From positions 3,040,001 to 3,104,000 of the forward strand of contig CAXXHB010000003.1 in assembly GCA_963664815.2 (NCBI GenBank): a DNA stretch of 64,000 nucleotides, in the 5' to 3' direction. This stretch comes from Spirochaetota bacterium (GTDB taxonomy: Bacteria > Spirochaetota > UBA4802 > UBA5550). Shown in pieces: positions 48,630 to 58,543 of this stretch; position 1 is the stretch's first letter, and every line of letters starts with the position of its first letter. The translations under genes and the position numbers were made by a program. The notes under the pieces were generated by a model. The model worked only from the letters and a program-made list of their open reading frames with translations. It had not been told where the DNA came from and did no database searches.

Positions 48630-50030
48630 TTAAAATCTGAAATAATCGGAACCTAACGCCCTGTTCAATCTGGCTTTTGATATCTGGAACTCGTAAAGCG
48701 ACTGTACATACATCGTTTTTGCATTGCTCAGTTCCACATTGGCATTGAGCAGCTCGGTGTTGTCGATCATACCGTTTTTAAACTGGAGAACCGCTACACG
48801 AAGTGATTCCTCGGCAGATTTTATATTCCCTCTTTGTGACAATATTGAATGAGATGCCGATTCAAGACTGAGAAGCCCGTCCTGTATTTCGAACCTTATG
48901 CTCCTTACAAAATCCTCCATCTCCAGATCTGCCTGTTTTGATAGGCTTTTAAACTGTCCCGATCTGGGGCCGGATGAATCTGCCGGGCTTAATGCGCCCC
49001 ACCTGTATGTTGCCCCTAAAGAAATATTCCAGTTTTTATTCCATCCCGGCGGATTAAGCTCATTGTTTAATCCGTTTATTATTGAATTGGCCAGCTCGTT
49101 GCCATATTCTCCATCACCCTTCGGATTAATAAGTTTAGTTGACCCGTAGGAACCATTGACAAAGAAGGAAGGCCAGAGATAAACAGATTCACTCTCCATA
49201 GCTTTATCATCAGACAGACTTTTTTTATGGCTGATCTGGATCAGCTCCGGCCTGTTTTTCAGGGCAATAGCCACAAGTTCTCCATAATGCCCCATCAGGT
49301 CATCCTCTTTCATGCTGATAACCGACTTATCATCGCTGCTTTCAAGCTGCAGGGCATTTCCGTCAAGAACCAGTGGCGCATCTATCTCTCTCCCGAGGTG
49401 AAGATTGAACGCTGCCTTTGCCGCTTCAGATTCTTTCCTTGCATTGATCAGCCTTGTGTTCTCATTTGCAGCCGCAACACCTGCCCGGAGAAAAGCAAGC
49501 CTGGTAAAGCTTCCGTTTTTATAGCCCGCCTCAACTACCCGGAGATTCTCCTCAAGGGCTTTTACAGAATCGGATCTGAGCTTAACACCCTCCCTTGCAA
49601 GCAGCAGCCTGTAATAAAGCTGAATTGCATTCATTGTTGTATCTGCCTTGATTCTGCGTTCATCATTTACCGTAATAATCTTCTCCTCTCTTGCTGATTG
49701 AAGCCTGTAGTAAAATGCTCCGGGATTCACTGCCAGTGAACCTTTTATCAGCTGCAGATTATACTGCCCATTACTGCCCCTGTCAGCTTCCCATCTCGTT
49801 GCAGATGCCGCACTGCCGAGTTCCGGCCATAACTCACCCCATACCTCATGCACTTTAAGGCTCTTTTCATTTACCTTTTCTTTTGCTGTTTTGTACCTGT
49901 TATTATTTTCCAGAGAAATTGATATGGCATCATTCAGGCTGATACGTTCATCAGCTGCCAGTGAAAAAGAACATATCATCATAATAACAAGAGAAAATAA
50001 TATTTTATTGTATACGCCTTTCATCATCAT
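48630..50030 (-). CDS. TolC-family outer membrane protein
   Basis: SLENN, ALKNRPEL and FKNG...ELL outer-membrane efflux protein repeats. Confidence 0.88.
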   Translation of the reverse strand: MMMKGVYNKILFSLVIMMICSFSLAADERISLNDAISISLENNNRYKTAKEKVNEKSLKVHEVWGELWPELGSAASATRWEADRGSNGQYNLQLIKGSLAVNPGAFYYRLQSAREEKIITVNDERRIKADTTMNAIQLYYRLLLAREGVKLRSDSVKALEENLRVVEAGYKNGSFTRLAFLRAGVAAANENTRLINARKESEAAKAAFNLHLGREIDAPLVLDGNALQLESSDDKSVISMKEDDLMGHYGELVAIALKNRPELIQISHKKSLSDDKAMESESVYLWPSFFVNGSYGSTKLINPKGDGEYGNELANSIINGLNNELNPPGWNKNWNISLGATYRWGALSPADSSGPRSGQFKSLSKQADLEMEDFVRSIRFEIQDGLLSLESASHSILSQRGNIKSAEESLRVAVLQFKNGMIDNTELLNANVELSNAKTMYVQSLYEFQISKARLNRALGSDYFRF

Positions 50031-50659
50031 TTATCCTTTTTATCAGAATCATTTTTAACAGCAGAATTAACTCCGGGAAGTCCCTGGCAGAAAATTCTGC
50101 AGAGAGTAATAATTTCATGTTCAAGCTGATCAATTGAAGCGTCAAAAAAACTGAATAATACACCCCTGATTGAATAGGTAAGTAAAGTTGCATAATATCT
50201 TAAATTATCAATTTTAGCCAGTTTTTTGTCTTTCAGAAATATTTCGGTAATCAATGTACTATGTATTTCAGTTACCAGATCTCTGAACTTTTTATGTGTC
50301 CCCAGGGAAAAATGAAAATCATCATTTCCGAGTTTGTAGACATCCTTGAATTTTTTTCTCATAGGAAGAAAATTTCTGCAGAAAGCAGTAAAACAATCAT
50401 CTACTGTCTGTGCAGACTCTATTGCCTGTTTAAGTTCCAGACTGTAATTTCGAAAATCATACTCCCCCACTGCAACAAACAGGTCTTCCTTGCTTTTATA
50501 ATAGTAATAGAGGGCGCTGCGGGTTATGTTCATCTTTGCTGCTACATCATCCATAGTGACTTTTTTATAACCATATTCACTGAATATCTTTTGTGCAACC
50601 TCTATTATCTCCTGATCTCTTCCTGTTGAATTTATCAGAGTCTCATCCATAGATAACAC
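50027..50659 (-). CDS. TetR-family regulator
   Basis: FSEYGYKKVTMDDVA...SALYYYYKSKEDLF; start may be ATG 50650. Confidence 0.92.
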   Translation of the reverse strand: MLSMDETLINSTGRDQEIIEVAQKIFSEYGYKKVTMDDVAAKMNITRSALYYYYKSKEDLFVAVGEYDFRNYSLELKQAIESAQTVDDCFTAFCRNFLPMRKKFKDVYKLGNDDFHFSLGTHKKFRDLVTEIHSTLITEIFLKDKKLAKIDNLRYYATLLTYSIRGVLFSFFDASIDQLEHEIITLCRIFCQGLPGVNSAVKNDSDKKDK

Positions 50660-50831
50660 CTTCCAATGTTTTGACGAATTGACGTTTATAGTTATTCTTC
50701 GAATATAATCATAGTTTTTATAAATATTCAGTATTATTACAACAGGGTAAGGATACCAGGAGTAATCGGTACATTATTTTTCATTCAACAGGAAAGAAGA
50801 CCGGGTTCAGCATCATATACCGTGAAGATTC

Positions 50832-51509
50832 CTATACTGCTGCCCCCTGCAGTTTTTCATTCTGAGGTTTCCCTTCTACAATTCCATTCAGCAGAACATC
50901 TATAATATTAATATTAAAAGTATCAATTTGACTTCTGTTATCATCCGTTTTGAAACCGGCTCTCCCGAGAAAAAAGTCAGGAAGGAAATTCAAAATAAGC
51001 ATACCGTATATACTGACCATTATCTGCTCTGTATCAATATCACGAAAATATCTGGCAGATTTCCCCCTCTCGATAAAGTCTTTCATAAAAACTCCGATAT
51101 TTTTATCTTTGTAAGTTTCATTGATATATTTTACAGATTTAAGAGTCTCTTCCTGTCCATTACTCATAGCATCAATAAGTATATTTCTGTAATCCGGATT
51201 TTCATTAAAAAAACTGATATATGAAGATAAGAAATAATACAATTCGTCAATATAACTTTCATTCCGCTGCTCAAGCCTCTCTGCAACAGGAGCAAGTGCT
51301 TCAATCAGCTTTTCATGTATGAATTTTATCACTTCAAAATAAAGCTCATCCTTGCTGCTATAGATGTAATATATCATCGCCTTATTTATATGACCATGTC
51401 TTGCTATATCCTCAACATGTGCACAATGCCTCCCTTTTTCAGAAAATACCGGAATAGCCGCGTTTATAATTCTCTCTCTGCTTATCATAAAAAACCTCTG
51501 ATCAGACAA
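50832..51509 (-). CDS. TetR-family regulator (diverged)
   Basis: RERIINAA..VFSEKG...EDIA...INKAMIYY.YSSKDELY; start uncertain. Confidence 0.85.
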   Translation of the reverse strand: MSDQRFFMISRERIINAAIPVFSEKGRHCAHVEDIARHGHINKAMIYYIYSSKDELYFEVIKFIHEKLIEALAPVAERLEQRNESYIDELYYFLSSYISFFNENPDYRNILIDAMSNGQEETLKSVKYINETYKDKNIGVFMKDFIERGKSARYFRDIDTEQIMVSIYGMLILNFLPDFFLGRAGFKTDDNRSQIDTFNINIIDVLLNGIVEGKPQNEKLQGAAV

Positions 51510-51699
51510 TAGTAAAAGCTGTAAATCTGTCTGTGATTGATTTATATTTCTGTTGAAATACCGGCCTGACCGCTTACCGCTGAATTTATCAGATTCTCAC
51601 AATTATATAACAGATACACCTTTTCAATGTTTTGACAATTTGACATATATTGTTTTTTTGTCAAATATAATCATAATTTTTTATAAAAATGACAATAAT

Positions 51700-52064
51700 T
51701 ATTCCTTAATTTTTACTGCATAAAATATTCTATTCTCTCCGCCGCCAAAGGCGGCGGAGAGAATTAATCGTTTATTTTACACAAAAGTACATGTTAAAGA
51801 ATCATTACTGTATTTTTTATAAAAATAACATTCTGCGGGAAATTTAATTTTCTCAATATTCATTATCCGGCATAATAAATTATTTTATTCCTGCATCGAT
51901 TCTGCTTGCTTTTCATATAGATATTATTACTATATAAATAGTTATATAATAACAATAATAATACTTAACATTTTTACAATAGAAAATGGCCTATTCTCCC
52001 CGCCGCCAAAGGCGGCGGGGAGAATTAATAGCTTATTTTACAATAGAACATATGTTAAGGAATT
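51700..52064. mobile_element. Two ~105-bp MITE-like elements (51700-51803, 51960-52064)
   Basis: TIR (A)ATTCCTTAAC/GTTAAGGAATT; central perfect hairpin TTCTCTCCGCCGCC-AAA-GGCGGCGGAGAGAA. Confidence 0.8.
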
Positions 52065-52145
52065 AACTCTGATATAAAAAATATTTTATTTATCTCTTTT
52101 TATGAATTTTATGCGATCTATTCAACTCCGTTACTCTCTTATCTT

Positions 52146-55100
52146 GTGGATAGTGACGACAGATTACGATTAAACTGTAAATTTTATTATATCAATTTTT
52201 CACAGGAAAACATCTTGGAAAACAGCACACTAACAAGTCTCAGCAGATTCAGAATTTCAGACGAAAATCTTGTAACAGACAGGGCTGTTAAGGAATCAAT
52301 ATCCTCGGCATATGCTGACGGAAGATGTTTTGAATTCTACCCCGATTCCTACATCATTGAAAGAATCAGCGCGGGTGATCCGGTTGAACTTTTCAGGGAA
52401 CGTTTCTTTGATATGGCCAACATCATCCTTGACAGCTATACCGACCATGGAGGTTCTTTCAGAGAGAGAATGACCGGAGACACAAGGTTATTCGGCCGGA
52501 TTATAAACGCCCTTGCACTGTTTCACAGAGCTGCGTCCAAAAGCAGCAACAGGCTTATAGGTACCAGAAGGATTGTGCTTGTACAGGAACTTCCCGGCAG
52601 AGCAACATTTCACCATATATCAAAATCTACAACTGTAATTGCTCACGTCGGGCAGGGCCCTGCATGGGCGGAAGTACCTTCAATATATTTCGGTCTTAAA
52701 ATTTTTGAAACGCTTAATGACTGGAAAAACAGACAGGATCCAAAACTTTTTGAAGCCTTTATGTTTCTTCTCGAGGTTGAAGAGAGAGCTGTTGAGATAG
52801 GGTTTTCCCATGCCACAGTCTATACACCTGAATCATTTGATCTCCTCAACACCCTTGTAGACGAAGTTATAAACTATTCAGCCAAATCTGAGGATAGATA
52901 TAAAGAGGAACTCCCCGCTGCTGTCATTGAAAAATTCAGCGAGCATACAAAAAACAGACTTATTGCAGAACTCAACTGCAGGATCGCAGGAGATGAACTG
53001 AACTTCGACTACGATATAAACATTCAGGGGATGAAGGAGCTTGAAAATCATGCAAGGGAATACAAGAAGGGTCATGACACAGCTTCACTCCGTGAAATAA
53101 TAAAACTTCTCGTATCTGCATCAGGCCATGATATACATGAACTGAGGAACAGGGCCAACCTTACACTTGAGAGATTATTATCCCCCAAGGAGTATGACGC
53201 TCCTCTGGCAACGAGGTTCATAAACATCTCTGCAGGAAATGAATATAATTTTAAATTCAGTCTCGCCGTACAGGATAATGACAAAAAATACTGCCTGAGA
53301 ATATACAGGAGCGATGTAAGAAATACTTATCACACTGAAAATAATATAAACGCTGAAGAGGTATACCTCAACGAGGATGAACCCGGTGTTTTCTCCGCAC
53401 CTTACAGGTTCAGCGAGTATGGACATTACGATTTCTGCGTTGTTCTGCGCGACAACAGGGTGATGTCATGGATTACAGACCCGGGAACATCAGGACGGGT
53501 TAATGTTCTCCCCGATCTTGAAGGTGAAATCATCCTGGAAGTTTTCGTGGATATTCACGGCCATACCAGGGTATACTGGAAAGACAACGACGGACACCCC
53601 GGCCTTGTTTATAACGAACATGGCCAGGTTATACGGCTGGGTAATCTCAATGATATTACACACCACCTTGAGGATCTTAAAGAGAGATACAGTTTAAGTT
53701 CAATCTACCTTCTTGGAGTACAGCAAAGAGGTACGAACAGGGATGACTGGGCTCCTGAAGCAACATCTCCGTCTCCATTCTCACCAATGAGTCTTAAGGT
53801 AATCGAGCCGTCAATTGGCGGAGATGAAGCGCTTAAAAACCTTGTCAGGAGAGCCCACTTACTCAATATAAAAATAATCGTTGATATAATCCCGCACCTT
53901 AACAGGAGAAACTCCGAACTTCCGAGGGAATATTCCGTTTTCACCTATGATAATGGAGGAAATCTCGTTGAGAGATCTTCCACTGACGGCAGGTACGGCA
54001 CATGGGACGACGGCAAACTGCTCAATTACAGGCTCCTCGAGATATGGGAATGGCTTTCAGACTCAATTACCACTCTGATAGAAGAGTTCGACATAGACGG
54101 TATCAGATTTGATTCCGCGCATGCTATTCCAATCATGATGAAAAAGAACAACTACACATTTTCTTTTCACAGTAAAAGATCAGACGCCGATATGCTTAAC
54201 GGGACAATTATTGTCAATGACAGGGAATATGGTCACTTCATAACCACCGGCTTCTACGATTGTGAGTGCCGCGAAAAAATTGCCGTTCCTCTTCACTACT
54301 TCCTTATGCTGAACATTGAAAAGAGCATTAAGAAAAAAAACAAGACATTCTTTATAAACCTCGCGGAATGCTACTGGGGACATGAAAGATATCTCACCAG
54401 GACCGGTCTTGTGCCATACAACTCATCGCTATTCAAAATATGTGAAAACATAATGCACGGCAAAAGCGATGTCCGGGAAATATACCATCTCTACGACAAC
54501 TACTACCCATCAGTACTCCCTGAAGGAACCGAACTGCTGGGCATACTTGGCAATCACGATGAAAGGCGCGCACTGAATACATTCGGGCACAGAGGACTCC
54601 GCGCTGCGGTGGCTGTCACATCTTTTCTCAGCAACATTATTATGGACTACGAGGGAAGCGCCGAGGGGGAGGGGTGGAAGGTTTTTCTTGACAACATTTA
54701 TGTCAACTGGAACCAGTTTGAATATGCTTCCCATCGCAGCCTTGACTCTTTCTACAAAGACGTTTACCGTTTTCACAGAAGCGAAAAAGGCAAAGGTCAT
54801 CTCATCTGGGCAAACAACAATGAAACTGCTGCGGCCATAAAATATTCCGGAAACACTTACTGGCTGGGTATATTCAACTTCAGCGAATCAAACCAGAATG
54901 TATCACTCCAGTTCGACAACCCAAGGCTGAAAATTGAAGATAATGATACATTTATTCTTTCAGACCCTCTTTACTCGGTTATAACCGGAAACTTCAGATA
55001 TTATACCGGAAAAGAACTCAAGGCTTCAAGAATCAACGCGCCTGTTTCTTATACTGACAGGATAAAACTGCTTAAACTTGAAAAAGTATCCATCGAAGGA

Positions 55101-57065
55101 CGTTACGATCTTTTCTTTTTAGACTCATTCCGCAGGCTCTGTGAATTTGACAGAACCGATAAAATCTTTTCCAACTTCGCATTCAGTGAGCTTGCAGCCA
55201 ACTGTACGACTTACAGATCATGTTCAGCCTTTATCACAAAAAATCTTCTTAATGCGGACATTGACATTGACTCTATTGAACTTGGATTGAAAAGGAGCAT
55301 ATTTCATCTTCATAAGAACAGAATCTTCACAATTAATCAGGTAAAAGAATATCTCGAGAAGATGTCAGGCGAGGATAACTTCTTTTCAAACCTTGCCGCA
55401 AAACTATACTGGCATTATAAAAAAGGGGCTATAGTGTTTATGTCCGCCGAGGCTGAGCCATTCTCCAAGAGCGGGGGACTTGCAAACGTGGTTTACGAGC
55501 TCCCCAGGGAACTGGTAAAAAGCGGGGAAGATGTTTATGTCATCACTCCGCTATACAGGAACGGAAATTTCAAAGAGAAGCGCAAGATGGAGGAGGCTCT
55601 TGAGAAATACGGTGCAATCTACACCGGTAAAAATGTTAAATTTAAAATTATGGACTGGGATTACGAAGTCGGAGTACACTACGCGGATGTTGAAGGGATA
55701 AAATACTATCTTCTTGATCATGCCGAGTTCTTCAACGGGCTTTACTGGGGAATAACCTCAGAGGAAAAGCTTCGAAGAAGAATCGCCTTTGCACGCTCAT
55801 GTGCCGAGGTTATACTGACTTTCGGAATTGACGCCAGGTATACTTTTACAAATGATGCCTTTCCAGGTCTTTTTAACGGCATCATACGATGTGACCATTA
55901 CTACGACAGCAATCCGGTATTCAGAAACTGTACGTTTATTCATATAATACACAACGGAGGCTGGCAGTACTTCGACTCATACCACAGGTTTGAGAAAGGT
56001 TTCGACCTCTTCAACCTCTTCAACCTCCCTTCATGGAGGGCGGGAGACTTTTCCGACCCCGTAAATGGAGACAGGTTAAACTGCATGGCCGCCGGCATCA
56101 GGTTCGCCAGAAAAAACATCACGGTAAGCCCTTCATACGCAAAGCAGGTTGAGATTGCCTGCGACGGACTGGAACATATACTTTTCAATGTAGGCGGCAT
56201 AAGCAACGCGATAGGTTCCGATTTCCGTCAGAAAACAGAGCAAAGCATGAGAAACTCAGGTTTTATTGAACATATGTATCCTGTACTCCTTCAGAAGCTT
56301 GAATACGATACCGGGCTTAAATTAAAGATTGAAAAGCGTTATCCGGAAATACTCAGGGGTAATTCCTTTATAGATTCCATGAATGATTCTCCGAGAAAAC
56401 AGATTGTTGCAAGAATGCGGAACAAACTGCTTATACAACTTGACCGGAATCTGCTGGTTGACCCGGATATTATACTCGCTGTGATGATACACCGTATTTC
56501 AGAACAGAAAGGTTTTCAGCTCCTTCTCGAATCTTCAGAGGGAATCTTCAGAAACCTGGACTTTCAGATAATTGCCGGCGGAAGCGTATCGGCAGGGGAC
56601 ACAAGAGGTGAAGGCATTGCACACGGATTATATCTCCTCAGTCAGTATTTCCCGGAGAGGTGCAATATATCTTTCGGTTATCAGGACGTCAGTATTCCCC
56701 TTCTCTCCTGTGATTATTTCCTGATGCCGTCAATGCATGAACCTGGAGGGATTTCACAACTTGAAGCAATGGCAGCGGGTTGCCCGGTTATTGCAAGAGC
56801 AACCGGCGGATTGCGTGATACGATTAAACCTGTTTCTGGTACCGGAAAATCCGTTGAAGGTTATGGATTCCTCTTCACCGACTACTCTCCATGGTCATTC
56901 TATGATGCCATGGAGAGGGCATCACGTTTTTTTAAAGATTCCGACGAAGAGACTTTTCTTACCCTGAGACTGAATGCTGAAAAAGCTGTTTATCACTGGG
57001 ATAAACCGGCAAAAGAATATATTAATACAATCTATGATTTGACTGAAACTATTGATATTGGATAG
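52146..57065 (+). CDS. GH13 alpha-amylase-family / GT5 glycogen-starch synthase fusion
   Basis: GH13 catalytic motifs GIRFDSAH, LAECYW, GNHDE; GT5 motifs AEAEPFSKSGGLANV, MPSMHEPGGISQLEAM, ATGGLRDT. Start may be TTG 52215. Confidence 0.88.
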   Translation: MDSDDRLRLNCKFYYINFSQENILENSTLTSLSRFRISDENLVTDRAVKESISSAYADGRCFEFYPDSYIIERISAGDPVELFRERFFDMANIILDSYTDHGGSFRERMTGDTRLFGRIINALALFHRAASKSSNRLIGTRRIVLVQELPGRATFHHISKSTTVIAHVGQGPAWAEVPSIYFGLKIFETLNDWKNRQDPKLFEAFMFLLEVEERAVEIGFSHATVYTPESFDLLNTLVDEVINYSAKSEDRYKEELPAAVIEKFSEHTKNRLIAELNCRIAGDELNFDYDINIQGMKELENHAREYKKGHDTASLREIIKLLVSASGHDIHELRNRANLTLERLLSPKEYDAPLATRFINISAGNEYNFKFSLAVQDNDKKYCLRIYRSDVRNTYHTENNINAEEVYLNEDEPGVFSAPYRFSEYGHYDFCVVLRDNRVMSWITDPGTSGRVNVLPDLEGEIILEVFVDIHGHTRVYWKDNDGHPGLVYNEHGQVIRLGNLNDITHHLEDLKERYSLSSIYLLGVQQRGTNRDDWAPEATSPSPFSPMSLKVIEPSIGGDEALKNLVRRAHLLNIKIIVDIIPHLNRRNSELPREYSVFTYDNGGNLVERSSTDGRYGTWDDGKLLNYRLLEIWEWLSDSITTLIEEFDIDGIRFDSAHAIPIMMKKNNYTFSFHSKRSDADMLNGTIIVNDREYGHFITTGFYDCECREKIAVPLHYFLMLNIEKSIKKKNKTFFINLAECYWGHERYLTRTGLVPYNSSLFKICENIMHGKSDVREIYHLYDNYYPSVLPEGTELLGILGNHDERRALNTFGHRGLRAAVAVTSFLSNIIMDYEGSAEGEGWKVFLDNIYVNWNQFEYASHRSLDSFYKDVYRFHRSEKGKGHLIWANNNETAAAIKYSGNTYWLGIFNFSESNQNVSLQFDNPRLKIEDNDTFILSDPLYSVITGNFRYYTGKELKASRINAPVSYTDRIKLLKLEKVSIEGRYDLFFLDSFRRLCEFDRTDKIFSNFAFSELAANCTTYRSCSAFITKNLLNADIDIDSIELGLKRSIFHLHKNRIFTINQVKEYLEKMSGEDNFFSNLAAKLYWHYKKGAIVFMSAEAEPFSKSGGLANVVYELPRELVKSGEDVYVITPLYRNGNFKEKRKMEEALEKYGAIYTGKNVKFKIMDWDYEVGVHYADVEGIKYYLLDHAEFFNGLYWGITSEEKLRRRIAFARSCAEVILTFGIDARYTFTNDAFPGLFNGIIRCDHYYDSNPVFRNCTFIHIIHNGGWQYFDSYHRFEKGFDLFNLFNLPSWRAGDFSDPVNGDRLNCMAAGIRFARKNITVSPSYAKQVEIACDGLEHILFNVGGISNAIGSDFRQKTEQSMRNSGFIEHMYPVLLQKLEYDTGLKLKIEKRYPEILRGNSFIDSMNDSPRKQIVARMRNKLLIQLDRNLLVDPDIILAVMIHRISEQKGFQLLLESSEGIFRNLDFQIIAGGSVSAGDTRGEGIAHGLYLLSQYFPERCNISFGYQDVSIPLLSCDYFLMPSMHEPGGISQLEAMAAGCPVIARATGGLRDTIKPVSGTGKSVEGYGFLFTDYSPWSFYDAMERASRFFKDSDEETFLTLRLNAEKAVYHWDKPAKEYINTIYDLTETIDIG

Positions 57066-57093
57066 AAAAAAAACGGGATATTACTATCCCGTT
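57066..57093 (-). terminator. Intrinsic terminator; canonical U-tract is on the minus strand (may be bidirectional)
   Basis: AACGGGATA-gtaa-TATCCCGTT followed by a T run on the minus strand (A8 at 57066-57073). Confidence 0.8.
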
Positions 57094-57173
57094 GTTGTAA
57101 AAAGACCTACCCTGACTGCCTTTAATTTTCAAGGAAGACCATTGGAGTGTAAAATGAAATAATTCTTCATTTG
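57066..57173 (-). ncRNA. Candidate sigma28-dependent small RNA (~105 nt)
   Basis: Bounded by the promoter at 57180-57206 and the terminator at 57066-57093; no minus-strand gene nearby. Confidence 0.5.
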
Positions 57174-57179
57174 ATTACA

Positions 57180-57206
57180 CTATCGGCTCAGAAATTCAAA
57201 TCTTTA
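57180..57206 (-). promoter_or_regulatory. sigma28 (FliA)-type promoter
   Basis: TAAA-gatttgaatttctga (15 nt)-GCCGATAG versus consensus TAAA-N15-GCCGATAA. Confidence 0.65.
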
Positions 57207-57221
57207 ACATTTTTTTAAAAT

Positions 57222-57326
57222 AATTTCTGAACTTTTTATGATAAAAAATGCCCTGTTCTCTCCGCCGCCTTCGGCGGCGGAGAGATATAATCGTTTATTT
57301 TGCACTAAAATATATTTTATGTAATT
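57222..57326. mobile_element. 105-bp MITE-like element with decayed TIRs
   Basis: Central hairpin TCTCTCCGCCGCC-TTC-GGCGGCGGAGAGA plus the conserved AATCGTTTATTTT flank. Confidence 0.7.
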
Positions 57327-57482
57327 AACATTGATATTTTTTAATAATAACCACTTTTTTTCTTGCGCCGGCATGAATTAAAAGTCTTGTATGAAACAGG
57401 ATTCATCAGACACCACTGCATATCAGCAGCACAGGGTGTTTTACGGCAGAACACCTGCCAATCATATCGGGAGTTATCTCTT

Positions 57483-58529
57483 ATGGCTCAGAAAAAAAAC
57501 CAGACGTCAAAACAATTCAGCGCCGAACTTGCCAAGGGTCTTAAAGGAAATGTATTTCTCTTTCTTGGTGAGGAGGAGGGTGAAAAAGACAAAGTGATAA
57601 ATACGATTCTTAGTCACATTTTTAAAGAGAATGAAGACCGTGTACAGAATACCGGCAGGTTTTACATCAATGACGACAGGAATTCTCAGGAGGAGTTTAC
57701 TGCCGCAGCAGATTTTGCCCTTTCAGGGTCTATGTTTTCAACAAACATGGCATGTATAATCCGGAATATCGACAACATCAAGGTGACCGATGCTGTTAAA
57801 AACATTATGGATGATATGATAACTTCTGCTCCCGATGGCACAGTTATTATAATGACTTCCATGGCCAATCAGGCGCCAGGATGGCTGGAAAAAAAATATG
57901 AAGACATTATCCATATAGTCCAGTTCTGGAAAAACTTCGACAGCGACCTCTTCAACTATATAAAAAAAAGTTTAAATGATACAAAAGCCTCATACGATGA
58001 AAGGATTATCACAATACTTATTGAACTTACCGGCAATGATATAAAAAAAATAGATGAAATGCTCGACATGATATCACTTACATCAAAAGATGTTCCGGTT
58101 AACGAAACCCTTATAAGGGATATAGCCGGAGAGATCAGAGAGATATCAGTTTTTGAATTTGTAGATTCTCTTTTTCTGAAAGAGAAAAGATCCCTCATAT
58201 ATCTGAAAAAGCTTGTCGATGAAGATACCGCCGAACTCCTGATCCTCAATATGATAATCAGGCAGGCTGATACAATCGAAAAGTACTATACTCTGCTTGA
58301 CGGAAAGAACAGCCAGGATGAGGCTCTTGCGAAACTCGGCCTTATGGCCTCAAAACCGAAAAGGGACAGATTTACTGCCATGCTTAAAAAAACCGGTCGG
58401 GAAGAACTGCGCAGAATATATCCCCTTATTGCAAAAGCAGAATACAGCTTAAAAAACAGCAATATCGGATCTTCGATAATAACAAACCCGGTATTTGATC
58501 TTGCATCAGAGATTCTGCTGATGAAATAA
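57483..58529 (+). CDS. holA: DNA polymerase III subunit delta
   Basis: VFLFLGEEEGEK, SMFS...IIRN, SVFEFVD, EYSLK. Start set at ATG 57483 behind GGGAG. Confidence 0.8.
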   Translation: MAQKKNQTSKQFSAELAKGLKGNVFLFLGEEEGEKDKVINTILSHIFKENEDRVQNTGRFYINDDRNSQEEFTAAADFALSGSMFSTNMACIIRNIDNIKVTDAVKNIMDDMITSAPDGTVIIMTSMANQAPGWLEKKYEDIIHIVQFWKNFDSDLFNYIKKSLNDTKASYDERIITILIELTGNDIKKIDEMLDMISLTSKDVPVNETLIRDIAGEIREISVFEFVDSLFLKEKRSLIYLKKLVDEDTAELLILNMIIRQADTIEKYYTLLDGKNSQDEALAKLGLMASKPKRDRFTAMLKKTGREELRRIYPLIAKAEYSLKNSNIGSSIITNPVFDLASEILLMK

Positions 58530-58543
58530 CATCACGAGCCAGG

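Noticed and set aside
51733-51763. GC hairpins here and at 51994 and 57256 as ordinary Rho-independent terminators
   Set aside because: They lie upstream of or between divergent genes, lack an immediate U-tract and sit inside a repeated 105-bp element.
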